DNA of 64,000 nt from Candidatus Omnitrophota bacterium (GCA_015233145.1 JADFYI010000002.1:120858-184857); one strand, 5' to 3'; counted from the first letter of the stretch, positions 1-13,284 are shown. Numbers and translations: made by a program. The notes: generated by a model from the sequence alone, not told the origin.

Positions 1-801
1 GACCAGAGCCCCCGATGAACAATCAATAAGGTCAACCCCCTCTTTTTTCAACACATGGGCCAAGCAAACAGACTGTTCAATATCCCAGCCTTCAGCTCCA
101 AGCCAGTCAGTGGCTGAGATACGCACAAAAAGCGGACGCTCTTTCGGCCAAACGGTTTTTACATCAGAAACAATTTCTCTTAAAAGACGCATGCGGTTTT
201 CCAACGAGCCTCCATACTGGTCTGTCCGCTTGTTAGAAACAGGCGAAAGAAATTCATGCAATAAATACCCGTGCGCTGAATGGATTTCAAGCACCTTAAA
301 ACCTGCCTGCAGAGCACGACGGGCAGCTTTTAAAAAAGCACTTTTCACTTCGTCAATGCCTGCCCGGGTCAACTCTTCAGGCACTTGAAAAGCCTGGTCA
401 AAAGGAACAGCACTCGGGGCAACCGGGGCCCAGCTTCCCTGCTCTGGGGTGAGAGGAAGCCCCCCAGCCCACGGCTTTGCCGTGGAGGCTTTTCTTCCGG
501 CATGCGCCAGTTGGATTCCCGGAACAGCCCCCTGGGATTCAATAAAACGCGTCACACGCTCCAGCATGGGAATGTGATCATCTTTCCATAAGCCCAAATC
601 CTCAGGGCTGATCCTGCCTTCGGGCCGGACAGCCGTCGCCTCTGTCATAACCAGTGCGGCCCCTCCCACGGCGCGGGATCCCAAATGCACCAAATGCCAG
701 TCATTGGCAAATCCGTCGTCACTCGAATACTCACACATGGGAGAAACCACAATCCTGTTTCTGAAAACAATATCCCGTATCTGCAAAGCTTCAAATAGCA
801 T
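1..801 (-). CDS. NADH:flavin oxidoreductase / NADPH dehydrogenase, Old Yellow Enzyme family (YqjM/NamA-like); C-terminus runs off the window
   Basis: Absent from the ORF track because it is open to the window edge. My translation from ATG 801..799 (AGGAA upstream) reads MLFEALQIRDIVFRNRIVVSPMCEYSSDDGFANDWHLVHLGSRAVGGAALVMTEATAVRPEGRISPEDLGLW..., a typical OYE N-terminal half. Confidence 0.8.
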   Translation of the reverse strand, partial: MLFEALQIRDIVFRNRIVVSPMCEYSSDDGFANDWHLVHLGSRAVGGAALVMTEATAVRPEGRISPEDLGLWKDDHIPMLERVTRFIESQGAVPGIQLAHAGRKASTAKPWAGGLPLTPEQGSWAPVAPSAVPFDQAFQVPEELTRAGIDEVKSAFLKAARRALQAGFKVLEIHSAHGYLLHEFLSPVSNKRTDQYGGSLENRMRLLREIVSDVKTVWPKERPLFVRISATDWLGAEGWDIEQSVCLAHVLKKEGVDLIDCSSGALV

Positions 802-812
802 GACATTCCTTT

Positions 813-1325
813 CTATTTTTCAAACAGTTTAAGGTATTCGCCATACCCTTCTTTGGCCAGATTTTCTTTGGGGATAAACCGCAGTGCCGCAGAATTAATG
901 CAATATCTTAATCCCGTCGGCAAAGGGCCGTCATGAAACACGTGGCCCAAATGAGCGCCTGACGTGGCATCTTTAACCTCTGTCCGGGTCATGCCAAAAG
1001 TTTCATCGGTCTTTGAAACAATTTCTTGGGAACTCATAGGGCTCGTAAAACTCGGCCAACCCGTGCCTGAATCAAACTTGGCCTTTGAGCTGAAAAGAGG
1101 CTTTCCGGAAACACGATCAACATAAATTCCTTCTTTATGATTATTCCAGTATTCATTGTTAAAAGCCGGTTCAGTACCGCAATTTTGCGTGACATCATAT
1201 TGTAAAGGGGTTAAGACTTTTTTAAGTTCTTCTTTATTATAATTTTTTTCTCCCGAAGACATAGACAACCCCTCCCGAAAACTTAGCAAAAAAATAAGTA
1301 AACAAAGAAATATAAATATCCGCAT
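813..1325 (-). CDS. msrB: peptide-methionine (R)-S-oxide reductase MsrB with hydrophobic N-terminal signal/anchor-like extension
   Basis: 170 aa ORF with SelR/MsrB hallmarks GTGWPSF and RYCINSAAL. The N-terminus [16 protein letters not shown] is hydrophobic. An alternative internal ATG at 1262 (M22) has a stronger SD (GGGAGGGG). Confidence 0.9.
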   Translation of the reverse strand: MRIFIFLCLLIFLLSFREGLSMSSGEKNYNKEELKKVLTPLQYDVTQNCGTEPAFNNEYWNNHKEGIYVDRVSGKPLFSSKAKFDSGTGWPSFTSPMSSQEIVSKTDETFGMTRTEVKDATSGAHLGHVFHDGPLPTGLRYCINSAALRFIPKENLAKEGYGEYLKLFEK

Positions 1326-1421
1326 ATAGCCTCTTTACTATCCTAAAGAATAGTCGCTTGAAAAAGGATTAACTTACCCGGGAAAACAGGGGTTTTAAAA
1401 TAACTATGGAATTTTCCTGGA

Positions 1422-3020
<1,599 letters not shown>

Positions 3021-3139
3021 TCAAAATTAACAAAATATAATAATATAGTTCTGATTTTTTCGGTAAAAAATTAAAAAGACTGGCCGTTATCCTGAATTTT
3101 TCTAAGGTTTGCGCTAGCGGAATATGAAACGCCAAGTAG

Positions 3140-3269
3140 TTGGAAGGATGGAGGAATCTCTCCTTCGCTCAGCGTTGCGTTCGCTGACAAGTTTAGAATT
3201 AAATAAAAAGAGCTCCCTTTATCAGCTCACTCCACAATTCGCTGCGGAGAGATTCCTCCACCCTTCCAA
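3140..3269. repeat. 130 bp element bounded by 24 bp inverted repeats (MITE-like element or long-stem structured RNA)
   Basis: TTGGAAGGATGGAGGAATCTCTCC (3140..3163) is the reverse complement of GGAGAGATTCCTCCACCCTTCCAA (3246..3269), 23/24 matches. The single mismatch is A.C on the plus strand but U.G on the minus-strand RNA. The interior holds hairpins TCAGCG/CGCTGA and GAGCT/AGCTC plus a U-run on the minus strand. Confidence 0.6.
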
Positions 3270-3284
3270 GGGCGCATTCCATGG

Positions 3285-4232
3285 CTAAATGCCCCACGCT
3301 GTTTCTATCTCTTTGCGGGAAGAAGAAAGAATATGAAAATAATCAAATTCCATTTCAATCATATCGTTATCTTTCTTCCTGAGCCACTCGGAAAGCCAGG
3401 CAAAACGAACGGCAATCACAAGATCCAAAAGGTGTTGAAAGCTGATGTCAGAATAAACACCTGCTCCCTTTAAAGTATGAACAAAATGAACCGCTGCCCC
3501 GTTTTTTAACCCTTCAGGGTCTTCGATCCCTAAGCAGGAGAGCATGTTGGCCGCGTCATAAAGCTCAGGCTTGTAGCCTAAAAACTCCCAATCAATCACC
3601 GCGGCCATGGCTTTATCCTGCCAAATAATGTTGACAGGGTGATAATCCCCGTGGCAAAAACCCGTCGGAAGATCAATATAAACAGGATAAAGGTATTTTT
3701 GGACATAGGAATAAATCGCATCTATTTGCGAAACGACATCCCTACGGCGCTTTCGAATAACACCCATCAACTCATCAATATAGGCTGGGAGAGAGAAAGA
3801 ATCCGTACTTTTAAAAAACGGGATGCCTTGGGAAGCAAAATGAAGCGCTGTTAAGAATTCGCCAGCAACAATCCCCCGCCAATCGTCAAAGATATATTCC
3901 GGACGATTAAGTTCAACTCCCACAACAAACGGCACAACCTGCCAAAAGAAGTCCTCTGCTTTCACAAGAAACAGGCCTTGGGACGAGTCTAAATAAGGAG
4001 TTATGGGAGAAAGTTTTTGTGCCTTTAAGAATTGAAGGGCCTGGGCAATGCGCTGTTTATGTTCTAAAAGGCGGGGACTGACCTTTTCAACAACCAGAAG
4101 CGCGCCTTTGACAGTTTCAACAACGACGCGATAATCCGTCCGCTCAGGGCTTCCGGCAATAAAGATTTCTGGACGAAGACATTTTGCTTCAATGTCCCAA
4201 AAGCGCAAAACATTGCGGATTTGATCAAGCAC
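3285..4232 (-). CDS. phosphotransferase-family small-molecule/protein kinase (APH / choline kinase / homoserine kinase type II-like)
   Basis: 315 aa. Brenner motif HGDYHPVN and downstream VIDWEF are typical of the APH-fold kinase family. The substrate is not inferable. Confidence 0.75.
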   Translation of the reverse strand: MLDQIRNVLRFWDIEAKCLRPEIFIAGSPERTDYRVVVETVKGALLVVEKVSPRLLEHKQRIAQALQFLKAQKLSPITPYLDSSQGLFLVKAEDFFWQVVPFVVGVELNRPEYIFDDWRGIVAGEFLTALHFASQGIPFFKSTDSFSLPAYIDELMGVIRKRRRDVVSQIDAIYSYVQKYLYPVYIDLPTGFCHGDYHPVNIIWQDKAMAAVIDWEFLGYKPELYDAANMLSCLGIEDPEGLKNGAAVHFVHTLKGAGVYSDISFQHLLDLVIAVRFAWLSEWLRKKDNDMIEMEFDYFHILSSSRKEIETAWGI

Positions 4233-4248
4233 CAGGCTTCCTAAAGAA

Positions 4249-4821
4249 TTAACTTAATAATTCCTTGGCCTTTTCAATAAGGTCAACTGAATTAAACGGT
4301 TTATCCAGGCAGGCGTTAACACCCAGTTGAAGAAGTTTTTCCTTATCGCCTTCTTCAAAATAGGCGGAAACAGAAATAATCTTTGTATGGGCGCAATTCG
4401 CCGAACGTTTTATTTTCTGGGCAACCTCGTAACCATTCATCCCCGGCATTTTCATATCAAGGACCACAAGGTCAGGCTTGAAAAGCAACAGTTTAATACC
4501 TGCCTCAAAACCGTCATACGCCACATCAATCTCAAAAGAATGCTCTTTTTTGAAAAGTCTTTTAATGGAACTGACCATATTGACATCGTCATCCACAATC
4601 AAAATTTTACTGTTTTCAGAGCGGCTGGCAAGATGCTCGGGGATCGGCATATTATACTGTTTTAAAAAAGCAATAAAATCGTCAATACTGACACGGCTGT
4701 GGTTGCCTGGCGTCCTGTAAGCTTTTAATTTTCCGTCATGGATCCACTGAAGCACGGTACGAAGATGAACATGGCAAAGATCAGCAATCTCACCGGTTGT
4801 TAAGGGTTTTTCATTAGTCAT
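4249..4821 (-). CDS. response regulator with N-terminal excisionase/MerR-type HTH and C-terminal receiver domain
   Basis: 190 aa. The N-terminus LTTGEIADLCHVHLRTVLQWIHDGKLKAYRTPGNHSRV is HTH_17-like. The receiver has ILIVDDD, DLVVLDMKMPGMNG, SVSAY and DKPF, so all phospho-acceptor residues are present. Confidence 0.85.
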   Translation of the reverse strand: MTNEKPLTTGEIADLCHVHLRTVLQWIHDGKLKAYRTPGNHSRVSIDDFIAFLKQYNMPIPEHLASRSENSKILIVDDDVNMVSSIKRLFKKEHSFEIDVAYDGFEAGIKLLLFKPDLVVLDMKMPGMNGYEVAQKIKRSANCAHTKIISVSAYFEEGDKEKLLQLGVNACLDKPFNSVDLIEKAKELLS

Positions 4822-4853
4822 AATGGTTTCCTGTTTCTCTTGTTTTTCAAAAA

Positions 4854-4882
4854 ATAATACATGATTGGGTTTGTTTTGTCAA
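4854..4882 (-). promoter_or_regulatory. sigma70-like promoter for the response-regulator/kinase operon
   Basis: Minus strand TTGACA (4882..4877), a 17 nt spacer, then TATTAT (4859..4854), about 30 nt upstream of ATG 4821. Confidence 0.45.
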
Positions 4883-4883
4883 C

Positions 4884-4921
4884 ATGCCAAAAGAAACCAT
4901 TTCTTCGTTTCTCATGGCATG
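4884..4921 (-). terminator. stem-loop after atpC (possible operon-end terminator or stabiliser; no clear U-tract)
   Basis: CATGCCA (4884..4890) pairs with TGGCATG (4915..4921). An inner GAAAC/GTTTC helix lies at 4893..4897/4907..4911. Confidence 0.3.
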
Positions 4922-4968
4922 CCTTTTAGAGCATTTTAATACCACAATCATAATAATGTGGAAAAATA

Positions 4969-7530
<2,562 letters not shown>

Positions 7531-7538
7531 GATTTTTG

Positions 7539-9059
7539 TTATTTCTTAAATGCCAGTTTAAATTCCCCGACAGCTTTCTTAAGCGCCTCAGCGGTTTCGT
7601 CGGAAATATCTCCCGAAGAGTCAATGGTCTTTTCAAGGTCAGGATATTTCTGAGCAATAAACTGATAAAGCTCGACTTCAAAAGCCTTGATCTTCTCAAC
7701 CGGCAGATCATCCAGAAGCCCGTTAACACCGGAGAAAATCAGGATCACCTGTTTGGCCAGTGACAAAGGCACATACTGCCCCTGTTTTAAAATTTCCACA
7801 ATCCTCTCGCCGCGGTTGAGCTGGTCCTGGGTAGCCTTGTCAAGGTCGGAGCCAAACTGCAGGAATGTGACGAGCTCACGATACTGCGCCAGCTCCAGGC
7901 GCACCTTGCCGGCCACCTTACGCATGGCTTTTGCCTGGGCCTTGCCGCCGACACGCGACACTGAAAGGCCCACATTAATCGCTGGACGGATGCCGGAAAA
8001 GAAAAGGTCAGACTCAAGATAAATCTGGCCATCGGTAATCGAGATAACGTTTGTGGGGATGTAGCTCGTAATGTCACCCCCCTGTGTTTCAATAATGGGA
8101 AGCGCGGTTAAAGACCCTGCGCCCAAAGAATCAGACAACTTGGCGGAACGCTCCAGCAGGCGCGAATGAAGGTAGAAAATATCCCCTGGATACGCCTCGC
8201 GGCCCGGCGGACGGCGGAGCAAGAGCGCCAGCTGGCGGTAGGCCTGGGCATGCTTGGAAAGGTCATCATAAACAACCAAAACATCCTTGCCGTTATACAT
8301 AAATTCTTCGCCGATCGCACAGCCTGAATAAGGAGCCAGATACTGGGAAGACGCCGAAGCGCGGGATGATGCGCTGACAATGGTTGTATAATCCATGGCG
8401 CCATACTTCTTTAACGTTTCAGCAATCGCAACAATGCTCGAAATTTTTTGTCCAATAGCCACATAAACGCAAAAAACGCCCTTGCCTTTTTGATTGATAA
8501 TCGTATCAATGGCCACCGCTGTTTTTCCGGTCTGGCGGTCTCCGATAATGAGCTCACGCTGGCCTCGCCCGATGGGAATCATGGCATCCACAGCCTTAAT
8601 CCCGGTTTGCAATGGCGCATTGATGGGCTGGCGGGAAATGACGTCTGGCGCGTTAAATTCAATTGGACGGAATTTTTCTGTCACAATCGGGCCTTTGCCG
8701 TCAATGGGGCTGCCCAGGGCATTAACAACGCGGCCTATGAGGGCATCACCGACAGGAACCTGGACCACTTTTCCGGTCCGCTTGACAACATCACCCTCTT
8801 TAATTTTCTGGTCGGGATTGTCTTTTCCGAAAATAATAACACCGACACTGTCTTCTTCAAGGTTAACGGCCATGCCCAAAACATTATTGGGGAACTCAAT
8901 GATTTCATTAACCATGACGTCATCCAGGCCGTAAACACGGGCAATGGCATCCCCCACCTGGATAACCGTGCCCACAGATTCGGTCTTGAGCTGGCTGGAA
9001 AAATTCTCGAGCTCGCTTTTAATAATCGAAGAAATTTCCTCGGGTCTTAAATTACTCAT
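7539..9059 (-). CDS. atpA: F1 ATP synthase alpha subunit
   Basis: 506 aa with Walker A GDRQTGKT. Confidence 0.97.
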   Translation of the reverse strand: MSNLRPEEISSIIKSELENFSSQLKTESVGTVIQVGDAIARVYGLDDVMVNEIIEFPNNVLGMAVNLEEDSVGVIIFGKDNPDQKIKEGDVVKRTGKVVQVPVGDALIGRVVNALGSPIDGKGPIVTEKFRPIEFNAPDVISRQPINAPLQTGIKAVDAMIPIGRGQRELIIGDRQTGKTAVAIDTIINQKGKGVFCVYVAIGQKISSIVAIAETLKKYGAMDYTTIVSASSRASASSQYLAPYSGCAIGEEFMYNGKDVLVVYDDLSKHAQAYRQLALLLRRPPGREAYPGDIFYLHSRLLERSAKLSDSLGAGSLTALPIIETQGGDITSYIPTNVISITDGQIYLESDLFFSGIRPAINVGLSVSRVGGKAQAKAMRKVAGKVRLELAQYRELVTFLQFGSDLDKATQDQLNRGERIVEILKQGQYVPLSLAKQVILIFSGVNGLLDDLPVEKIKAFEVELYQFIAQKYPDLEKTIDSSGDISDETAEALKKAVGEFKLAFKK

Positions 9060-9604
9060 CGCACCACCTGTACTTTCAACAATTGTTTTCTCAACTCTTC
9101 AAGTTTATGGCGGATAGAGCCATCCATGATTTTATTCCCGATCACGATTTGTATGCCGCCCAAAAGCTCCGGCTTAAGTTCCAGATAAAGATTAATTTTC
9201 TTTCCCAAACGCGCCGCGAGTTTGTTTTTAATGGCCTCGACAATATCAAGCTCAACAGGAAAAGTTGTCCGCAACACAGCATCAACAACCTCGCCGTGAG
9301 AATAGACCACGCGAATATAATCCGTAATGTCCACAATCCTGTTAATGCGCTTTTTGGAAATCAAATACTTCAAGAATTCCCTGGTCTCAAGATGGAACCC
9401 CTCAGACATGACATGGTCAATAACCCTCGCCTTATCCGGCTGAGGCACCTCAGGGGTTTCAAGAAAATGCTGGAACTCCGGATGCTCGCGCAAAACCCCG
9501 CGCAGAGATTTCATGTCCTCGACAATCTGCGGCAAGCCGATTTTCGGAAGCGCAAAAGTCACGTACGCCTGAGCGTACCTTGTCACAAGAGTCCTGTCAC
9601 GCAT
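9056..9604 (-). CDS. atpH: F1 ATP synthase delta (OSCP) subunit
   Basis: 182 aa, assigned by operon position and OSCP-like sequence. It has 4 nt and 8 nt overlaps with its neighbours. Confidence 0.85.
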   Translation of the reverse strand: MRDRTLVTRYAQAYVTFALPKIGLPQIVEDMKSLRGVLREHPEFQHFLETPEVPQPDKARVIDHVMSEGFHLETREFLKYLISKKRINRIVDITDYIRVVYSHGEVVDAVLRTTFPVELDIVEAIKNKLAARLGKKINLYLELKPELLGGIQIVIGNKIMDGSIRHKLEELRKQLLKVQVVR

Positions 9605-10097
9605 GAGGCTTATCCAGTTCCGTCAAGATGCCTTCAATGATTTTCTTGTCGTTCTCAAAAGAAAGTTTTTCCTGAATCATGTGCTCTGTGGCGCTGATGA
9701 CCATTTCAACAATTTCAGTCTTAAGGACTTCACGGGATTTGGCGAACTCAAAAGTGATTTCTTTCTTGGCATCAGCAACAATTCGCTCAGCCTCCTGGCG
9801 GGCATGCTCACGGATTTCCTGGGCCTTGACCTCACCCATGGCCTCATACTCCTTGAGGCGTTTTTTCGAAATCTCCTCAACCTTGCTTAAAAAGGTTTCA
9901 TATTCCCCCTTAAGCCTGGCCACTTCGAGCCTTGTTGTTTCAATGGCCTTGAGCTCGCCCTCAACCTTGGAACGGCGATCTTCGAGGACTTTAAAAATCT
10001 TCGTCCAAAGAAGATGCTTTAAAAGAAAATAAACCAAAGCAAAGCAAACAACCTGAGCCACAATCAATTTAAAATCTAGGAGTTTTAAAAGTTCCAT
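9597..10097 (-). CDS. atpF: Fo ATP synthase b subunit
   Basis: 166 aa with a single N-terminal TM and a long charged helix. Confidence 0.85.
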   Translation of the reverse strand: MELLKLLDFKLIVAQVVCFALVYFLLKHLLWTKIFKVLEDRRSKVEGELKAIETTRLEVARLKGEYETFLSKVEEISKKRLKEYEAMGEVKAQEIREHARQEAERIVADAKKEITFEFAKSREVLKTEIVEMVISATEHMIQEKLSFENDKKIIEGILTELDKPHA

Positions 10098-10187
10098 AAC
10101 CGCCCTCTTCTCTTAAGGATTCCCAAAGCCTCTTTGAATACGCAAAAGTGGCTCCCGTCGCTCCATCTTATGGGGTCTCCCATGGAG

Positions 10188-10421
10188 TTATATTTTCCCA
10201 ACTAGAGGAAAAACGATAAACGCAAGAACGTAAAAAATGATTGTTTCAATGAGCGCGCAGCCCAAAAGCATCACTGTCATAATTTTTCCCATGGCTTCAG
10301 GCTGGCGGCCAAGAGCTTCCATAGCCCCACCGACGGCCCGGCCAAGCGCCATCCCCACACCCAAAGCCGCGAGACCAACGCCAATGGGCAACCCTATAGC
10401 TAATGCAAACTTGTAATCCAT
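10188..10421 (-). CDS. atpE: Fo ATP synthase c subunit
   Basis: 77 aa helical hairpin with an RQPE loop and the carboxylate Glu in ALIETIIFY. Confidence 0.93.
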   Translation of the reverse strand: MDYKFALAIGLPIGVGLAALGVGMALGRAVGGAMEALGRQPEAMGKIMTVMLLGCALIETIIFYVLAFIVFPLVGKI

Positions 10422-10439
10422 TATACCCTCCCTATTGTT

Positions 10440-11201
10440 TTAATGATGCGCCTCATCATGCTTCATGAATAAAGAAAAATAAACCAACGTCAGGATACTG
10501 AAAACTGCCGCCTGAATCGTAGATGTCAATATGACCAGAAGAAAATTAGGAAAAAGCCAGACAATACCGTCTTTAAGCCCCCAGCTTGAAAAAAGCGCCA
10601 AGATCATGTCGTCGCTGTAAATATTGCTCCTCAAGCGCAATGATAAACTTATAGGACGCACCAAGAGGCTCACGGTTTCCATAAAAAATAAAAAAATCGG
10701 GATAATAATCGTCATGGCCATAACCCCGCGCGGCTGGCCCATAAGATGATCAAAAAAACCCAGGAATCCCTGCTCCTTAAAGCCGATGTAGAGCATATAA
10801 AAGAAAACAACCAGTGCCAGCGCCAATGTTGTGGATAACTCCGTTGTCGGCGACTTAAAAAACGGGATAAGCCCGATATAGTTCATGGCTAAAATATAAA
10901 TGAAAAGCGTTCCGATAAAAGGGGTATACTTCCGTCCCTTGTCACCGAGAAGGCTGCAGACAAAGTCATCCAGAAAAGTCACAAAAAATTCAGCCGCGCT
11001 CTGCAAACGGCCGGGGCTTGTTTCACACTTGCGGGTTGCAAAATAAGCAACCACGGCCAAAAGAACAATAACAACAACAGAATAAATCGTGCTTTCCCAA
11101 AAATGCAGAAAATGGCCCAACGGCTTATCAGCGTTTAATTCGGCTATAAGGCTGACCAGATTGGGAAATTCAGGATGTGACTGGGACGCTGCTTCTGACA
11201 T
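10440..11201 (-). CDS. atpB: Fo ATP synthase a subunit
   Basis: 253 aa polytopic protein with the conserved Arg region SLSLRLRSN. Confidence 0.9.
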   Translation of the reverse strand: MSEAASQSHPEFPNLVSLIAELNADKPLGHFLHFWESTIYSVVVIVLLAVVAYFATRKCETSPGRLQSAAEFFVTFLDDFVCSLLGDKGRKYTPFIGTLFIYILAMNYIGLIPFFKSPTTELSTTLALALVVFFYMLYIGFKEQGFLGFFDHLMGQPRGVMAMTIIIPIFLFFMETVSLLVRPISLSLRLRSNIYSDDMILALFSSWGLKDGIVWLFPNFLLVILTSTIQAAVFSILTLVYFSLFMKHDEAHH

Positions 11202-11218
11202 GAGAGTCTCTTTTGTGA

Positions 11219-11283
11219 ATTAGGGACACAACCTTTACCCCAACTGCCTGATGGCGTAAATGAATAAAAGTTGTGTCCCTAAT
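11219..11283 (-). promoter_or_regulatory. 14 bp perfect stem-loop in the atp operon 5' UTR
   Basis: ATTAGGGACACAAC (11219..11232) pairs with GTTGTGTCCCTAAT (11270..11283), with a 37 nt loop. It ends 18 nt upstream of the atpB ATG. Confidence 0.5.
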
Positions 11284-11310
11284 GAATCATTTCTAATCTG
11301 AACTCGTCTC

Positions 11311-11338
11311 AATATAACATAAAAGACATCTTTGTCAA
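11311..11338 (-). promoter_or_regulatory. sigma70-like promoter of the atp operon
   Basis: Minus strand TTGACA (11338..11333), a 16 nt spacer, then an extended -10 TGtTATATT (-10 at 11316..11311). Confidence 0.5.
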
Positions 11339-11386
11339 TTTAGGGTAAAACTATTTAAGATGCCCTGACCGTGAGGTCGTGGCGCT

Positions 11387-11728
11387 TCACCCTATGGCAA
11401 TTCCGCCGCGCTCCTCCGTGCGGATGCGGATGCACTGCTCTAACGGCAGGATAAAAATTTTGCCGTCCCCTGTTTCACCGGTCTTGGCGCCCTTAATGAT
11501 CGCCTTGACAGTGGCTTCGGCAAAATTATCATTCACGGCAATCTCAAGGCGGACCTTGCGAAGCAAGTTCCCATGCTCCCTGGCGCCGCGGTAAACCTCG
11601 GTCACGCCTTTCTGGCGGCCATGGCCTAACACTTCACTCACGGTAATCAAATTAATCTCAGCCTTGTACAACTGCTCCTTGACCTCTTCCAACCTGCTCG
11701 GTTGTATAATGGCGATAATAAGTTTCAT
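11387..11728 (-). CDS. glnK: nitrogen regulatory protein P-II (GlnK)
   Basis: 113 aa from [10 protein letters not shown] (ATG 11728, GGAGG SD). The T-loop is [13 protein letters not shown] and the family motif [10 protein letters not shown] is present. The track ORF 11387..11788 carries a spurious 20 aa N-terminal extension that overlaps amtB. Confidence 0.93.
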   Translation of the reverse strand: MKLIIAIIQPSRLEEVKEQLYKAEINLITVSEVLGHGRQKGVTEVYRGAREHGNLLRKVRLEIAVNDNFAEATVKAIIKGAKTGETGDGKIFILPLEQCIRIRTEERGGIAIG

Positions 11729-11759
11729 GATATCCTCCGTATTTCTATTCCAAAATGGT

Positions 11760-12986
11760 TTATTCCAACATCGTATAAGCACGCTCATGATGCTGCGTCA
11801 GGTCAAGGCCGACATCCTCATCTTTCGGGCTCACCTTCATGCCCATGACCAGGTCAACCACCTTGAAAATAACCGCAGTCACAATCCCCGAATAAATTAA
11901 AGTGACAGCCACAGCCTTAATCTGAATCAGAAACTGCGCAGGATTGCCAAAAAACAACCCGTCATTACCTGCCGAATTCACAAACTTTGTGGCAAAAAGG
12001 CCTGTTGCCAAAGCCCCCCAGATACCACCAACACAGTGGACGCCGAAAGCATCAAGCGCATCATCATAACCAAGCTGCGGCTTGATGACAACAGCAGCAA
12101 AGTAGCAGAACACGCTGACCAAAAGCCCAATGATAACAGCACCTCCGACATTCACAAACCCGGCTGCAGGTGTAATGGCCACCAATCCCGCCACAGCTCC
12201 GGAACAAACACCGAACATCGTCGGCTTACCGCCGCGAACCCACTCAATAATAGCCCAGCTTAAACCTGCTGCTGCTGCCGCAGTGTTTGTGACCACAAAA
12301 GCATTGGTCGCAAGGCCATTGGCTGCCAGGGCTGAACCTGCGTTAAACCCAAACCATCCGAACCACAAAAGAGCAGTCCCGAGCACAATAAAAGGAACAT
12401 TGTGAGGTGCTGGAACATGCTTATCCGTATTTTTACGACGGCCAAGCATGATGGCCATGACCAAAGCCGCAATACCTGCGTTAATATGAACCACAGTACC
12501 GCCAGCGAAATCCAGAGCCCCTAAATCGCGAAGGAATCCGCCCATGCCCCACACCCAATGGCAAACCGGCGCATAAACAAAAGTCAACCACAGAGTAATA
12601 AAAACTAAGAACGAAGAAAACTTCATCCTTTCCGCAAAACCACCGATGATCAAAGCCGGGGTAATGACCGCGAACATGGCCTGAAAAATCATAAAGGCCT
12701 GATGCGGAATTGTGGCAGAGTAATCATTATAGGGTTCCAGGCTGACACCGTTGAGCATCCACCACTGAAACCCGCCCCAAAAACTCTTGCCTGGCGCAAA
12801 AGCCAGACTATACCCATAAATCACCCATAAAACACTGACCAGGCACAACACAATCATGCACTGCATTAAAACACTCAAAACATTCTTCCTTCTCACCATG
12901 CCTCCGTAAAAAAAGGCCAACCCTGGTGTCATTAACATGACCAGCGCCGTTGAAACAAGTACCCAAGCTGTATCTCCTGCATTCAT
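11760..12986 (-). CDS. amtB: ammonium transporter AmtB
   Basis: 408 aa with the twin-His pore motifs [10 protein letters not shown] and [18 protein letters not shown] precedes the ATG. Confidence 0.95.
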   Translation of the reverse strand: MNAGDTAWVLVSTALVMLMTPGLAFFYGGMVRRKNVLSVLMQCMIVLCLVSVLWVIYGYSLAFAPGKSFWGGFQWWMLNGVSLEPYNDYSATIPHQAFMIFQAMFAVITPALIIGGFAERMKFSSFLVFITLWLTFVYAPVCHWVWGMGGFLRDLGALDFAGGTVVHINAGIAALVMAIMLGRRKNTDKHVPAPHNVPFIVLGTALLWFGWFGFNAGSALAANGLATNAFVVTNTAAAAAGLSWAIIEWVRGGKPTMFGVCSGAVAGLVAITPAAGFVNVGGAVIIGLLVSVFCYFAAVVIKPQLGYDDALDAFGVHCVGGIWGALATGLFATKFVNSAGNDGLFFGNPAQFLIQIKAVAVTLIYSGIVTAVIFKVVDLVMGMKVSPKDEDVGLDLTQHHERAYTMLE

Positions 12987-13010
12987 AGTAAACTCCTTTT
13001 TTAATCTACA

Positions 13011-13063
13011 TTAAAAAATAAAAATGGCGTCTTCGAACCAATCCTTGTTGGTCTGAAGACGCC
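13011..13063 (-). terminator. intrinsic terminator inside the amtB leader
   Basis: Minus-strand stem GGCGUCUUCAGACCAA / UUGGUUCGAAGACGCC (13063..13048 / 13041..13026; 16 positions with 1 mismatch and 1 G.U), a 6 nt loop, then AUUUUUAUUUUUU (13025..13013). Confidence 0.7.
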
Positions 13064-13077
13064 TTCGTCTTAAATCT

Positions 13078-13177
13078 TCTAAAGCTTCTTTACTTTATGC
13101 TCTCGGGCTGCTTAGCCCGTTTCTTTCACGGCCTTTTCGGCCGTGCTAGGACTCACAACTGTGTGAATCCGCTTAGA
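13078..13177 (-). promoter_or_regulatory. candidate aptamer-like four-way-junction RNA fold in the amtB-glnK leader (class unknown)
   Basis: P1 is UCUAAGC (13177..13171) with GCUUUAGA (13085..13078). P2 is 13170..13149 (9 bp, loop CAGU), P3 is 13145..13127 (7 bp, loop GAAAA) and P4 is 13119..13104 (6 bp, loop AAGC). It starts at the predicted TSS and is followed by the terminator. Confidence 0.4.
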
Positions 13178-13184
13178 TAATTTA

Positions 13185-13213
13185 AATATATACCTCCACG
13201 GAAAAAATATCAA
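13185..13213 (-). promoter_or_regulatory. sigma70-like promoter driving the amtB leader
   Basis: Minus strand TTGATA (13213..13208), a 17 nt spacer, then TATATT (13190..13185), with an A/T-rich UP-like region upstream. Confidence 0.5.
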
Positions 13214-13284
13214 GTGCTAAAATAAAAAACTTCCCGTCGAGAAAGAAATATTTTTAAAAAACTGAAATAAATTAAAGCATTATT

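Noticed and set aside
3190-3225. Hammerhead-like CUGAUAA box inside the inverted-repeat element
   Set aside because: The core differs from the invariant CUGAUGA, and no matching GAAA / stem III arrangement is present.
3199-3282. 27 aa sORF (MECALGRVEESLRSELWSELIKGALFI) starting 2 nt after the kinase-gene stop and spanning the left arm of the inverted repeat
   Set aside because: It has no convincing SD, no hydrophobic or toxin-like character, and no Trp/Thi-type regulatory codons. It is most likely fortuitous.
10188-10421. Possible Na+-specific c-ring (E-T...Y pattern in ALIETIIFY)
   Set aside because: By my alignment, the helix-1 Gln that completes the Na+ site in Ilyobacter-type c subunits is Leu here. 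The evidence is insufficient to call Na+ coupling.
11361-11386. Hairpin GTGAGG...CTTCAC right after the glnK stop as a terminator
   Set aside because: It is only 5 of 6 bp and has no U-tract, which is too weak to annotate. The atp promoter follows anyway.
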